Positions 53,636 to 63,942 of a DNA stretch of 64,000 nucleotides are shown one piece after another. The DNA lies in the NCBI GenBank assembly GCA_024642525.1, contig JAHEAX010000009.1:6889-70888 (forward strand). The letters are read 5' to 3'. Under the pieces are notes generated by a model that saw only the letters and a program-made list of their open reading frames with translations, made no database searches and had not been told where the DNA came from. Numbering within the stretch: the first letter of the stretch is position 1; each line of letters opens with the position of its first letter. The stretch comes from Erythrobacteraceae bacterium (GTDB lineage: Bacteria; Pseudomonadota; Alphaproteobacteria; Sphingomonadales; Sphingomonadaceae). Position numbers and translations under genes: made by a program.

Positions 53636-55597
53636 ATGACCAATGCCAATTGCGCCGCCCCGCTGATCCCGCGTGAAAAACTGTTTGGAAATCCGACCCG
53701 TGCGGCAGGCCAGATCAGCCCCGATGGCAAGTGGCTGGGCTGGCTCGCGCCGCGTGATGGCGTGCTCAATATCTGGATGGCCCCCAGCGCCGATTCGTCA
53801 GCCGCAAAGCCGATGACAAATTCCACCGACCGGCCGATCCGGCAATATTTCTGGGCGCCAGACAGCCGCAGCCTGCTGTATATACAAGACAAGGGCGGTG
53901 ACGAAAATTTCCTGCTTTACGGCGTCGATGTGGCAACTGGCGCGGAGCGGACGCTGACCCCTTTTGAAGATACGCGCGTCATGCTGGTGGGCGATTCCAC
54001 CAGCCAGAAGGGCCGCTTGCTGGTGGGGCTGAACAACCGCGATCCGCGCCTGCACGATGTGCATTTGCTGGACCTTAATACCGGCGAACTGACGCTGGTG
54101 CTCGAGAACGAAGGGTTTGCAGGCTTCCTTGCGGACGACAATCTCGATTTGCGCATGGCAGTGCGGCCCAATGCCGAAGGCGGGATGGACTATTTCGACA
54201 TCGCAGATGGCAAGATTGCGGCCGAAGCGAGCGGCGGAACGGGCCTCGAAGATTCGCTGACGACCAGCCCTGCCGGTTACACCAGCGACGGCAAGACACT
54301 TTACTGGATCGACAGCCGCGGTCGCGACACCGCTGCTCTCGTCGCCATTGATACCGAAACGGGCGAAAGCCGTATTCTGGCCGAAAATCCGCAGGCCGAT
54401 ATCGGCGGCACCCTGCGCCATCCGGTAACCGGCGTAGTGGAGGCCTATTCGGTCAATTACCTGCGCACCACCTGGACTGCGATAGACCCTGCCATCAAGG
54501 CATCGCTGGATTTCCTGGAGGCCAATCTGGAAGGTGATTTCAGCGTCATCTCGCGCACTGATGATGACACGATGTGGGTTGTCAGCAACGATCCGCTGAT
54601 CGCACCTGCAAAGACATGGCTGTATGACCGTAAAAAGGGGGAACTGACCGAGTTCTACACATCGCGCCCCGACCTTGTCGGTGCGCCATTGCAGCCCATG
54701 CATACGCTGGAAATCAGGGCGCGCGACGGTCTAGTTTTGCCAAGCTATCTTACCCTGCCGCCCGGCAGCGACAGCAAGGGCGACGGCGTGCCGGATGCAC
54801 CTGTGCCAATGGTGCTGCTGGTGCATGGCGGTCCATGGGCTCGCGATGGATATGGCTTCAATCCCAACCACCAATGGCTGGCCAATCGCGGCTATGCCGT
54901 CCTCAGCGTCAACTTCCGCGGGTCGACCGGTTTCGGAAAGAACTTCATCTCTGCTGCCGACCTCGAGTGGGGCAAGAAGATGCACGACGATCTTGTCGAT
55001 GCGGTCAACTGGGCCGTCTCAACCGGCATTACCCCTGCTGAAAAAATCGCGATCATGGGCGGTTCCTACGGCGGCTATGCCACGCTGGCGGGCCTTACCT
55101 TCACGCCTGACGCATTTGCCTGCGGGGTGGACATTGTCGGCCCGTCGAACCTTGAAACATTGCTCGCCACCATCCCACCCTATTGGGAACCGCTGGTTGC
55201 CCAGTTCCATCAACGGATGGGTAACCCCAACACGCCTGAAGGCCTTGCCATGCTGAAGGAACGGTCACCGCTTCAAAGCGCAGATAATATCAAGCGGCCG
55301 CTGCTTATCGGACAAGGCGCGAATGACCCGCGGGTAAACCAGGCGGAAAGCGACCAGATTGTTTCGGCGATGAAGGACAAGGGCATTCCTGTCACCTATG
55401 TCCTGTTCCCCGACGAAGGGCATGGTTTTGCCAAGCCTGCCAACAACATCGCGTTCAATGCCATCGCGGAAAATTTCCTCGCCACTTGCCTTGGCGGGAG
55501 GGCGGAAGCGATTGGCGAAACTCTGGGCAAATCCACTGCCAGCATCGTCGAAGGCGCAGATTATGTGCAGGGCCTGGATGCAGCTGCCGGAAACTGA
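53636..55597 (+). CDS. S9 family serine peptidase (prolyl oligopeptidase / acylaminoacyl-peptidase-like)
   Basis: N-terminal beta-propeller region. Catalytic triad context IMGGSYGGYATL (Ser), GQGANDPRV (Asp), FPDEGHGF (His). Confidence 0.88.
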   Translation: MTNANCAAPLIPREKLFGNPTRAAGQISPDGKWLGWLAPRDGVLNIWMAPSADSSAAKPMTNSTDRPIRQYFWAPDSRSLLYIQDKGGDENFLLYGVDVATGAERTLTPFEDTRVMLVGDSTSQKGRLLVGLNNRDPRLHDVHLLDLNTGELTLVLENEGFAGFLADDNLDLRMAVRPNAEGGMDYFDIADGKIAAEASGGTGLEDSLTTSPAGYTSDGKTLYWIDSRGRDTAALVAIDTETGESRILAENPQADIGGTLRHPVTGVVEAYSVNYLRTTWTAIDPAIKASLDFLEANLEGDFSVISRTDDDTMWVVSNDPLIAPAKTWLYDRKKGELTEFYTSRPDLVGAPLQPMHTLEIRARDGLVLPSYLTLPPGSDSKGDGVPDAPVPMVLLVHGGPWARDGYGFNPNHQWLANRGYAVLSVNFRGSTGFGKNFISAADLEWGKKMHDDLVDAVNWAVSTGITPAEKIAIMGGSYGGYATLAGLTFTPDAFACGVDIVGPSNLETLLATIPPYWEPLVAQFHQRMGNPNTPEGLAMLKERSPLQSADNIKRPLLIGQGANDPRVNQAESDQIVSAMKDKGIPVTYVLFPDEGHGFAKPANNIAFNAIAENFLATCLGGRAEAIGETLGKSTASIVEGADYVQGLDAAAGN

Positions 55598-55694
55598 CTG
55601 AACTATCACCGACAAAAACTGCCCATCGGACTATGGTTTGATGTAAGGAAGCCAAAGACGCACAAGCGCGACACTATCTTGGGAGAGAACAGGC

Positions 55695-56501
55695 GTGGAC
55701 CAGAAAAAGGCGATTTTCATAACCGGTGGCGGATCTGGCATCGGGCGCGCCATCGCGCTGTATTTTGCAGGTCGCGGCTGGTTTGTCGGCCTGGGCGACA
55801 TCGACGTTGCCGGTATGCAGGAAACAGAACGCCTCATCGGCACCGGCTTTACCTATTCGCACAAATTCGACGTGCGTGACCGCGCCGCGTGGGATGTGGC
55901 GCTGGACGCATTTTCCACCGCGGCAGGCGGGCGGATTGATGTGATGGTCAACAATGCCGGCATTCCGCTTGGCGGCGCGCTCATCGAAAATTCTGCCGAG
56001 GAAATCGAACGCTGCCTCGATATCAATTTGAAAGGCGTGCTGTTCGGTGCGCAGGCTGTTTATCCGCATCTGCAGAAAACTGCGCCGGGTAGCTGCCTGC
56101 TCAACACCAGCAGCGCGGCCGGCATCTGGGGCACGCCGGGCGCGTCTGTCTATTGCGCCACCAAGTTCGGCGTGCGGGGCATAACAGAATCCCTCGATGC
56201 GGAATGGGCAGATGAAGGGATAAAGGTGCATTCGCTGATGCCCAGCTTCATTGATACGCCGTTGCTGGAACATTCGCCGCACCATGGCAGCAACGAACCC
56301 ATCCGGGACCGCGTGATCGAAGCCGGGCTGGAAATCACGCCCGTGATCGAAGTGGCGCAGGCCGCGTGGGATGCCGTGCATGGCGATACGCTGCACACCA
56401 AGGTGGGCAAGACGGCGAAGCAGCTTGGCTTTGCCGCCCGCTGGATGCCGGGCCGCCTGCGCATGCAATCGCGCTCATCGCGGCGACCGCTCGGCAAATA
56501 A
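55695..56501 (+). CDS. classical SDR family oxidoreductase
   Basis: GTG start. TGGGSGIGRA cofactor motif, NNAG, and catalytic YCATK. Confidence 0.85.
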   Translation: MDQKKAIFITGGGSGIGRAIALYFAGRGWFVGLGDIDVAGMQETERLIGTGFTYSHKFDVRDRAAWDVALDAFSTAAGGRIDVMVNNAGIPLGGALIENSAEEIERCLDINLKGVLFGAQAVYPHLQKTAPGSCLLNTSSAAGIWGTPGASVYCATKFGVRGITESLDAEWADEGIKVHSLMPSFIDTPLLEHSPHHGSNEPIRDRVIEAGLEITPVIEVAQAAWDAVHGDTLHTKVGKTAKQLGFAARWMPGRLRMQSRSSRRPLGK

Positions 56502-56511
56502 GGACATTTCA

Positions 56512-57576
56512 ATGAAACCGGTTTTTTTGGCAGCAGCAATGCTGTGCGCCCTTCCCTGCGCCCTTCCTGCCAATGCTGCCATGGCAGCCGGCGCGCAACT
56601 CGAAGGCACGCCCATCGTCATCGGCAGTGAATATGCCATTGCCTCGACCGTGTTTGGCACCGACCGGAAGCTGACTGTGCGCTTGCCAGCGGAATATGCC
56701 GAAAACCCCGATCAGCGCTTCCCCGTCATTTATGTGATCGATGGCGGCAGCGCGCAGGATTTTCCGCATATTGCGGGCATCGCGCAGAGCCGTGAGATGA
56801 ATTACAGCTTCTTGCCTGCCATCATTGTCGGCATCGAGACGGTCAACCGGCGCAGCGAAATCTCGCCCCCTGTCCGTGCTGAAATGATGGCAGATTACGC
56901 CGATCAACTGCGCGCGACACCAGGCAATTCGGCGCTGTTCCGCACATTTATTGCCCAGGATGTGAAACCGTGGATCGTGCGCAATTTCCGCACCACCGAC
57001 CATGATGCAATTATGGGCGAATCTCTGGCAGGTCTGTTCATCATCGAAACGCTGTTTGAACAGCCTGATCTGTTCGATGACTGGATCGCCATTTCGCCGT
57101 CACTGTGGTGGGATGACATGAAGCTGGTGCGCAGCATTCCCCAGCGGCTGAAGGCGATGAAGCCGGGCAAGGAGCGGATCTATTTCGCCCTTGCCGATGA
57201 AGGCTACCGCATGGAAGAAGGCGTCGAACGGCTGGCTGATGCCTTGCGCGCCAATGCGCCTGCCGGCTGGCAATGGGCCTATGTGCCATTTGGCAACAGC
57301 GAGACGCATGGCACCATCTATCATCCAGCCGCGCTGGACGCGTGGCGGCTGATGTATGGCACGCCGAGCAGGGTCTATAAGCCCTATGGCGATCTCGCGG
57401 CAGGCTCATATGATCTGGACGAGAGCGACAAGGCCAAGCTGGCCAAGGAATGCACGTTGGAAAATTCACGCCGCACCACGCCCGAAGCCACGCGGTTGGG
57501 GCAGGAACGCCTGTTCTACGATTGCCTGCTGTATGATCTTGGCCAGCGCGCCCGTGAAGGCAATTGGGGCGGGTAA
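56512..57576 (+). CDS. secreted alpha/beta hydrolase (putative esterase family)
   Basis: Signal peptide MKPVFLAAAMLCALPCALPANA. FPVIYVIDGG and a nucleophile elbow GESLAGLF. The track ORF's upstream extension overlaps the SDR gene and is rejected. Confidence 0.75.
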   Translation: MKPVFLAAAMLCALPCALPANAAMAAGAQLEGTPIVIGSEYAIASTVFGTDRKLTVRLPAEYAENPDQRFPVIYVIDGGSAQDFPHIAGIAQSREMNYSFLPAIIVGIETVNRRSEISPPVRAEMMADYADQLRATPGNSALFRTFIAQDVKPWIVRNFRTTDHDAIMGESLAGLFIIETLFEQPDLFDDWIAISPSLWWDDMKLVRSIPQRLKAMKPGKERIYFALADEGYRMEEGVERLADALRANAPAGWQWAYVPFGNSETHGTIYHPAALDAWRLMYGTPSRVYKPYGDLAAGSYDLDESDKAKLAKECTLENSRRTTPEATRLGQERLFYDCLLYDLGQRAREGNWGG

Positions 57577-57590
57577 ACGCCTTTAGCCGA

Positions 57591-57881
57591 TTAGATCAGC
57601 GCCTCGATCGCCTTGGCCATGGCAATATCTCGCTGTGAGAGGCCATCTGCGTCATGCGTTGTCAGGGTGATTTCGACACGGTTATAAACATTGAACCATT
57701 CAGGGTGATGGTCTGCCTTTTCGGCCAGCATGGCAACGCCGGTCATGAAGGCAAAAGCTTCCACAAAATCACCAAATTCGAATTTGCGAAAAATGGCGCT
57801 GCCTTCGCGCGTCAGCGTCCAGGACGGGAGCTGCGCCAGTGCCGCGCTGCATTCTTCCTGGGTCAATTTGGCCACGGACAT
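57591..57881 (-). CDS. phhB: 4a-hydroxytetrahydrobiopterin (pterin-4a-carbinolamine) dehydratase
   Basis: 96 aa. F.F.DF..AF.F and the [22 protein letters not shown] signature. Confidence 0.9.
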   Translation of the reverse strand: MSVAKLTQEECSAALAQLPSWTLTREGSAIFRKFEFGDFVEAFAFMTGVAMLAEKADHHPEWFNVYNRVEITLTTHDADGLSQRDIAMAKAIEALI

Positions 57882-57971
57882 GATTGTTTTCCCCTGAGCG
57901 TCTGAATTGCTTCCGGCCTGCGTATCAGCCTTGCTTGTTCATCCTCGCGCTTTCCCCTATCCCGCCCGCCC

Positions 57972-58562
57972 ATGCAAGCCTGCCATCTCGTTGCGACAGA
58001 AATCGCGTGCCGCCGGGGCGAGCGGCTGCTTTTTCGCAGGCTCGACATGAGCCTTGCGCCGGGCGATGCCTGCCATGTTGCGGGCCCCAACGGCATCGGC
58101 AAAACCAGTCTCATCCGTATTCTGGGCGGATTGCTGCGCCCTTTTGCAGGCACGGTGAGCCGCACAGGCGACGCTGCCTTGCTGGACGAAAAGCCTGCGC
58201 TTGATCCGCAATTGCCGCTTGGCCGTGCGCTCGATTTCTGGGCCAGTCTGGATGCAGTTGGCAAGGACGCGCGGCAGCACAATATTGCCCGCACGCGTCT
58301 CGATACACTGCTCGATGTGCCGGTGCGCTTCCTTTCCACCGGGCAGAAAAAACGCGCTGCCCTGGCGCGGCTGCTGGGGCAGAATGCCCCCATCTGGCTG
58401 CTGGACGAACCGCTTAACGGGCTGGACAGCGAAGGCGTTGCCTTGATCGAGGAACTGGTGGCGGAACACTGCGCGGAAGGCGGCATTGCCGTGGTCGCAT
58501 CGCACCAGCCGGTTACCCTGCCCCGACATCGCATCCTCAACCTGCCGGATTTTGCTCTATGA
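57972..58562 (+). CDS. ccmA: heme exporter ATP-binding protein CcmA
   Basis: Walker A GPNGIGKTS, signature LSTGQKKR, Walker B WLLDEP. Short ABC ATPase typical of CcmA. Followed by ccmB with a 4-nt overlap. Confidence 0.88.
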   Translation: MQACHLVATEIACRRGERLLFRRLDMSLAPGDACHVAGPNGIGKTSLIRILGGLLRPFAGTVSRTGDAALLDEKPALDPQLPLGRALDFWASLDAVGKDARQHNIARTRLDTLLDVPVRFLSTGQKKRAALARLLGQNAPIWLLDEPLNGLDSEGVALIEELVAEHCAEGGIAVVASHQPVTLPRHRILNLPDFAL

Positions 58563-59212
58563 TCGGCCGGCTGCTGCTGCGTGATCTTGTTCTCTTGCTG
58601 CCGGGCGGCAGGCAGGGCGGCACATTGCTGCCGCTGCTGTTCTTCCTTGCCGTGGCGATGCTTTATCCCTTTGCCGTGGGGCCGGATGCACAATTGCTCG
58701 AGCGCACTGGCGGCGGAGTTATCTGGGTTGCGGCATTGCTGGCCGCCATACTCCCGCTTGACCGATTGGTTTCGCCAGACCTCGAACAGGGCGTGTTTGA
58801 TCAACTGGCCCTGCGCGGTATTTCAGAAGAAATTGCCCTCTCCGTCCGAATGCTGGCACATTGGCTCAGCTTTGCGCCGCTGCTGCTGGTGGCGACGCTA
58901 CCTGCTGCGGCGCTGCTTTCGCTCGATGGCAATGGCCTGCGCACTGTCATGCTCGGCCTGTTGGCCGGAACGCCCGGCCTTGCTGCAATCGGGGTGATGA
59001 TTGCCGCCCTGACTGCCGGTCTGCGCGGGGGTGCGGCGCTTTCGGGCCTGCTGCTGATACCTCTTGCCGTGCCGATCCTGATTTTCGGCGCAGGCAGCCT
59101 GTCACGCCCCGACGATACCGGCATCATGCTGGCTGGCGCGATCAGTCTGGTGCTGGTGGCAATGGCACCCTTTGCAGGCGGCGCTGCGATCAGGGCCGCC
59201 CGCGAAGGGTAG
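58559..59212 (+). CDS. ccmB: heme exporter membrane protein CcmB
   Basis: 217 aa, 6 TM. The FFLAVAMLYPFAVGPD...GVIWVAALLA pattern matches CcmB. Confidence 0.85.
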   Translation: MIGRLLLRDLVLLLPGGRQGGTLLPLLFFLAVAMLYPFAVGPDAQLLERTGGGVIWVAALLAAILPLDRLVSPDLEQGVFDQLALRGISEEIALSVRMLAHWLSFAPLLLVATLPAAALLSLDGNGLRTVMLGLLAGTPGLAAIGVMIAALTAGLRGGAALSGLLLIPLAVPILIFGAGSLSRPDDTGIMLAGAISLVLVAMAPFAGGAAIRAAREG

Positions 59213-59221
59213 TTGCGCAGA

Positions 59222-60049
59222 TCAGGCGTACGGCGGCTTGTCGAGGCCAGCTACGCTCTTGGTGAAGATTTCAACGCCGGTTTCAGTCACACCCAGTGAA
59301 TGTTCAAACTGGGCTGAAAGCGACTTGTCGCGGCTGACTGCCGTCCAGCCATCCTTCAGAACCTTGGCCCATGGTTTGCCAAGGTTGATCATCGGTTCGA
59401 TGGTGAAGAACATTCCCGGGCGCAGTTCAGGACCAGTGCCTGCCTTTGCCGCATGGACGACTTCGGGCGCATCGTGGAACAGGCGGCCAAGTCCGTGGCC
59501 GCAGAATTCACGCACCGTGGTATAGCGATGTTCGCGCGCATGGGCTTCGATCACCGCACCAATATCGCCCAGGCGCGCACCCGGCTTGACCTGCTCGATA
59601 CCCAGCATGAGGCATTCATGCGTCACATCGACCAGCTTGCGCGCCTTCAGCGGCACATCGCCGACCAGATACATCCGGCTGGTGTCGCCATGCCAGCCGT
59701 CCAGCAGCGGAGTCACGTCGATGTTAACGATATCGCCATCCTTCAGCACTTTTTCCGAAGGGATGCCGTGGCAGATGACATGGTTGATCGAGATGCAGCA
59801 GCTATGCGTATATCCGCGATAGCCAAGTGTGGCCGGAACCGCCCCGCCCGCCAGCGTCATTTCACGCACGAAATCGTCAATTGCCGCAGTCGTCACGCCA
59901 GGCACGACCATCGGCGCAACCGCGTCGAGGATGTCTGCCGCCAGCCTTCCGGCGCGGCGCATGCCTTCAAAGCCCTCCGGCCCGTGGAGCTTGATTGTGC
60001 CATCCCGCAGGACGGTATCGGCGCTGTCGATAACCTGATATTCTGTCAT
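59222..60049 (-). CDS. map: type I methionine aminopeptidase
   Basis: CHGIPS, DIVNIDVT, GDTSRM, FCGHGLG, FTIEP and QFEH metal-ligand contexts of MAP1. Confidence 0.95.
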   Translation of the reverse strand: MTEYQVIDSADTVLRDGTIKLHGPEGFEGMRRAGRLAADILDAVAPMVVPGVTTAAIDDFVREMTLAGGAVPATLGYRGYTHSCCISINHVICHGIPSEKVLKDGDIVNIDVTPLLDGWHGDTSRMYLVGDVPLKARKLVDVTHECLMLGIEQVKPGARLGDIGAVIEAHAREHRYTTVREFCGHGLGRLFHDAPEVVHAAKAGTGPELRPGMFFTIEPMINLGKPWAKVLKDGWTAVSRDKSLSAQFEHSLGVTETGVEIFTKSVAGLDKPPYA

Positions 60050-60089
60050 GATCGCCCATGTAGCGACGATGCAGCAAAATTGCGAGTGG

Positions 60090-60917
60090 CTAGCGCTGAA
60101 CTACGAACGCTGATTTGTATGCAGGCTTTACCGCGGCCAGAATTGCCGCATCCACCGGCAATGTGACTTCATAGCTGCCTTCGGCATAAGGGCCTGCGAC
60201 ATACGGCCCGGCATAAAAGCCGACCCTGTCAAATGCTTTCCCGCCTTTGGAACCGGGAATGATCGTCAGCTCGGTCATGGCAGGACAATTGGTGAAGCTG
60301 GTCATGCCTTCCGACATCGCTTCTGACCCCCGCTTTTGTGCACGCCGCCGGTCGAGCGCCTTGCAGAACCTGTCGCCCACTGCGCTGCCGAGGCGCGCAG
60401 GCGAAATGAACATATCGCTGCCTTGCAAGGCAACAGATGCCGTCTTGTCCCACACCAGCGATGTCACACCGTAATTGCCGTGGGCACCGCCTGAATAGGT
60501 CGCAAATTCGCCCGTCAGGCTGAGCCATCCAGCAAGATCGGCCACGACTTTCCATTCCTCGGCAAAGCTGTGCTGCCGGTAGGGATAGCCGGCTTCCTCA
60601 GCGCCCTTGCGGTCCGATTCGGCTTCACTGACAAGCGTGGTCCTCGCCTCTGCCTTGCGCCGGTCCAATTCCGCGGCAAGCTGGCTGATCGACGATGCCT
60701 GCGCCGGATAGGCATATTCGAAGGAATAGACCTCGGTATCTTCTGCAATGGCGACCGCGCCCGCACCACCAGCCGCACTGCCCACCTTGTTGCCAGCACT
60801 TGCCGTGGCAGCCGCGATTGGACCGCCGGGCGAGCCAACTTCATCTTCCACTTCCGCAGGCGAGGAACAGCCAGAGAGCATCGCTGCAGCGACCATCAGG
60901 GTTGTGCAAAGGCGCAT
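60090..60917 (-). CDS. lipoprotein with DUF4163/DUF3298-like (RsiV/PdaC-type) domains
   Basis: ATG preceded by GAGGAGAA. Lipobox AMLSGC. YSFEYAYP... and the YSGGAHGNYG motif are typical of DUF3298. Confidence 0.7.
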   Translation of the reverse strand: MRLCTTLMVAAAMLSGCSSPAEVEDEVGSPGGPIAAATASAGNKVGSAAGGAGAVAIAEDTEVYSFEYAYPAQASSISQLAAELDRRKAEARTTLVSEAESDRKGAEEAGYPYRQHSFAEEWKVVADLAGWLSLTGEFATYSGGAHGNYGVTSLVWDKTASVALQGSDMFISPARLGSAVGDRFCKALDRRRAQKRGSEAMSEGMTSFTNCPAMTELTIIPGSKGGKAFDRVGFYAGPYVAGPYAEGSYEVTLPVDAAILAAVKPAYKSAFVVQR

Positions 60918-60965
60918 GCCATTTCTCCTCGTGAAATTCTGTTCGCGACGTGTAAAGACATTCGC

Positions 60966-62363
60966 ATGAACGATAAACCAGATTTGATTCAGGCCGACCG
61001 TGATCAGGCCGCCACGCCAGTCCACCTTTTAAACAAGGACCTTTTCGAAGACTGGGCCAAGCGCCTTTCGGGCGGCCAGCGCGCCGCATTGGCTGCGCAG
61101 AAATTCGACGGCAGCGGCTATCAGGTCGGTATTGTGCCTGATGGCGATGGCTGGTTTGCCGTCGGCGGCGTTGCCAATCCCGATGATCTTTCAAGCTGGT
61201 GCCTGGCCAAGCTGGCAGAGGTGCTGCCCGCTGGAACCTACCGGCTGGAAAGCGGCGATCCCGGCCCGGCCGTGCATGGCTGGCAGACGGGCCAATACAG
61301 CTTCACCCGCTACAAGTCCGAGAATGACCTTGTTGGCCCGCGCATCCTGCTGTCGAAACAGGTCAAGGCCATCGACCAGGCACTGGCCGAAGCGCGCGCA
61401 GTCAACTTCGTATGCGATCTGGTAAATACCCCTGCCGAAGACATGGGGCCGGCCGCGCTGGAAGATGTCGCGGCGGGTCTGGCCAAGCAATATCGCGCCG
61501 AACTGACGGTGACCAAGGGCGATGCGCTGGAACGCGAATTTCCGATGGTTCATGCCGTTGGCCGCGCCGCTGCGCGCAGCCATGCACCGCGAATGATCGA
61601 ACTTGTCTGGGGCGATGAAAAGGCGCCTCGCCTTGCCATCGTAGGCAAGGGGGTATGTTTCGATTCAGGCGGGCTGGATGTGAAATCCTCTGCCGGTATG
61701 TTGCTGATGAAGAAAGACATGGGCGGCGCTGCCCATGCACTTGCGCTGGCAGAACTTGTGATGAGCACGCACCTGCCCGTGCGCCTGCATCTGCTGGTTC
61801 CGGCGGTGGAAAATGCCATTTCCGGCAATGCCTTCCGCCCCGGCGATGTTCTTTCCAGCCGCAAGGGGCTGACGGTTGAAATTGGCAATACCGATGCCGA
61901 GGGACGCCTTGTATTGGGCGATGCGCTGACCAGGGCGAGCGAGGAGAACCCCGCTTTCATCATCGACTTTGCCACGCTGACCGGTGCTGCACGGGTCGCA
62001 CTGGGGCCGGATTACCCGGCCCTGATGACCCGCCGCGACGAAACCGCAAAGGAACTGATTGACGCAGGCGCGACCTGCGATGATCCGCCGTGGCGCATGC
62101 CCCTGCCCGAAGCCTATGTCGAATGGCTGAAATCGGACATTGCAGACACCAACAATGCCCATGGCAATGCCTTTGCTGGTGCCAGCGTGGCGGGATTGTT
62201 CCTCGACAAATTCGTGGGTGAAGGCATCGACTGGGCGCATTTCGATACATTCGCCTGGCGACCTGTCGCAAAACCGGGCCGGCCGAAAGGCGGTGCGGCC
62301 TATGGCCTTCGCGCAGCGTTCCACATGGTGCAGGCAAGATTTGGCAAGAAGCGCCACCAATAA
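60966..62363 (+). CDS. M17 family leucyl aminopeptidase-like protein
   Basis: 465 aa. VGKGVCFDSGGLDVK, MKKDMGGAA and the NTDAEGRLVLGDAL signature of M17. The track ORF's 132-aa upstream extension is antisense to the neighbouring lipoprotein gene. Confidence 0.9.
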   Translation: MNDKPDLIQADRDQAATPVHLLNKDLFEDWAKRLSGGQRAALAAQKFDGSGYQVGIVPDGDGWFAVGGVANPDDLSSWCLAKLAEVLPAGTYRLESGDPGPAVHGWQTGQYSFTRYKSENDLVGPRILLSKQVKAIDQALAEARAVNFVCDLVNTPAEDMGPAALEDVAAGLAKQYRAELTVTKGDALEREFPMVHAVGRAAARSHAPRMIELVWGDEKAPRLAIVGKGVCFDSGGLDVKSSAGMLLMKKDMGGAAHALALAELVMSTHLPVRLHLLVPAVENAISGNAFRPGDVLSSRKGLTVEIGNTDAEGRLVLGDALTRASEENPAFIIDFATLTGAARVALGPDYPALMTRRDETAKELIDAGATCDDPPWRMPLPEAYVEWLKSDIADTNNAHGNAFAGASVAGLFLDKFVGEGIDWAHFDTFAWRPVAKPGRPKGGAAYGLRAAFHMVQARFGKKRHQ

Positions 62364-62450
62364 CTGTGAAACTTGCCCGAAAGGTCTGTAGCGTATAAGC
62401 GCGCGCATCCCCTGTTTCGGGGAAGGGATTGAGGCTAGGTTAGAGCCAGA

Positions 62451-62819
62451 ATGGGGCATGGTACGCAGGTGAGTAAAGCTGGCACATACGAACTGCCCGA
62501 GGGCCTCCTTGCTCTCGACGGCCCGGTTGTGCGCCCTGCGCCTGGTTCATTGCCGATCAGGGGCGATCTTGCGCATATCGCTCTCGCCAATAAATTCCTC
62601 GTCGCCCATTATGTCGTACCCCAGCCGCGCCCCATCGGTGATGCGGATGTGGAATTGAAACTCGCCCCGCGTGATGATGCCGAAACCGTCACGACCCTGA
62701 AGGCGGGCAGCTATTTCGAAGTGATGGACTTTGCCGGTGCATGGGCCTGGGGCTGCTGCGGGCCGGATGGTCCGACAGGCTATGTTCCCGCCAGCAAACT
62801 GGCCCCTGCAGGCCAGTGA
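62451..62819 (+). CDS. hypothetical protein with C-terminal bacterial SH3-like domain
   Basis: 122 aa. TTLKAGSYFEVMDFAGAWAWGCCGPDGPTGYVPASKL resembles an SH3b fold. The stop overlaps the argC GTG. Confidence 0.55.
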   Translation: MGHGTQVSKAGTYELPEGLLALDGPVVRPAPGSLPIRGDLAHIALANKFLVAHYVVPQPRPIGDADVELKLAPRDDAETVTTLKAGSYFEVMDFAGAWAWGCCGPDGPTGYVPASKLAPAGQ

Positions 62820-63769
62820 CCACCACGGTTTTTATCGACGGCGCGGCAGGCACGACGGGCCTGGAAATTCGCACACGTCTGGCTGACAGAACAGAATTCA
62901 GCCTGGTCACCCTCGCCGAGGACCGGCGCAAGGACACAGCCGCGCGGCGCGAAGCCATCAATGATTGCGATGTCGCGATCCTGTGCCTGCCCGATGATGC
63001 CGCGCGCGAGGCTGTGGCACTGATCGAAAATGATCGCACCTGCGTCATCGATGCGTCCACCGCCCACCGCGTTGCTGCTGGCTGGACCTATGGCTTTCCC
63101 GAACTTGTCGGGCGCGAAACGGTGGCAGGTGCCACCCGCGTGTCCAACCCCGGCTGTTATCCCACAGGCTTCCTCGCGCTGGTCGCTCCGCTGGTAAAAG
63201 CAGGGCTTCTCCCGGCTGACTGGGCCTATAGCGTGAATGCCGTTTCCGGATATTCTGGCGGCGGCAATGCGCTGATCGACCGGTTCGGGGCGGATACGGA
63301 CATTGCCTGGCGCGGTTACGGCCTCGGGCTTGGTCACAAGCATCTTGCCGAAATGCAGCATTATGCAGGGCTGGCCAATTTGCCCGTCTTTTCACCAGCA
63401 GTTGTCGATGCGCACCGCGGCATGGTGGTGGATGTGCCGCTTGCCCTTGGTGCCATGAAAGTGGACGCGGCAGAAGATGCGCTGCGCGATGCGCTTGCCA
63501 CATTCTATGCAGGGTCCGACATTGTCAGCGTTGCACCTGCCGGCGATCCGCCTGCCGAAATGCTGCTGCGCAAATCCAGCGTGCCGTGGGACGGGATCGA
63601 ATTGTTCGTATTCGGCAATGGCGCTGACGGCGCTGGCTCGCAGGTTCGGCTGGTCGCGCGGCTCGATAATCTTGGCAAGGGCGCAAGCGGCGCTGCCGTG
63701 CAATCGCTGAACCTGATGGCCGGATTGCCCGAAGCAAGCGGACTTGCCCTCATACCCCCTGCGGATTGA
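62816..63769 (+). CDS. argC: N-acetyl-gamma-glutamyl-phosphate reductase (short, type-2 ArgC)
   Basis: GTG start (GTGA overlap). VFIDGAAGTTGLEI Rossmann motif, active site SNPGCYPTG, C-terminal DNLGKGASGAAVQ. Confidence 0.92.
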   Translation: MTTTVFIDGAAGTTGLEIRTRLADRTEFSLVTLAEDRRKDTAARREAINDCDVAILCLPDDAAREAVALIENDRTCVIDASTAHRVAAGWTYGFPELVGRETVAGATRVSNPGCYPTGFLALVAPLVKAGLLPADWAYSVNAVSGYSGGGNALIDRFGADTDIAWRGYGLGLGHKHLAEMQHYAGLANLPVFSPAVVDAHRGMVVDVPLALGAMKVDAAEDALRDALATFYAGSDIVSVAPAGDPPAEMLLRKSSVPWDGIELFVFGNGADGAGSQVRLVARLDNLGKGASGAAVQSLNLMAGLPEASGLALIPPAD

Positions 63770-63815
63770 CTGCCTATTTTTTAGGCACGCCCAGCCTTCT
63801 TTTTGTGCAGGAAGC

Positions 63816-63860
63816 GCTGCCCTTTCGGGGGTGCCAGACAAGGGGCAGCATTTCTTGTTC
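63816..63860 (+). terminator. probable intrinsic terminator after argC
   Basis: 10-bp stem GCTGCCCTTT...AAGGGGCAGC (one G-U pair, 14-nt loop), followed by ATTTCTTGTT. Confidence 0.4.
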
Positions 63861-63926
63861 AGGCCAACCGCAAATTTGCGTGATTTGCCAGCGCAGAACT
63901 ATAGTTTACCCCTATCTCTCACGCCT

Positions 63927-63942
63927 TGGCACGATTCTTGGA
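63927..63942 (+). promoter_or_regulatory. sigma54-like -24/-12 element facing a gene beyond the window
   Basis: TGGCACGattcTTGGA versus consensus TGGCACG-N4-TTGCW. The only mismatch is at the conserved C of the -12 GC. Confidence 0.3.
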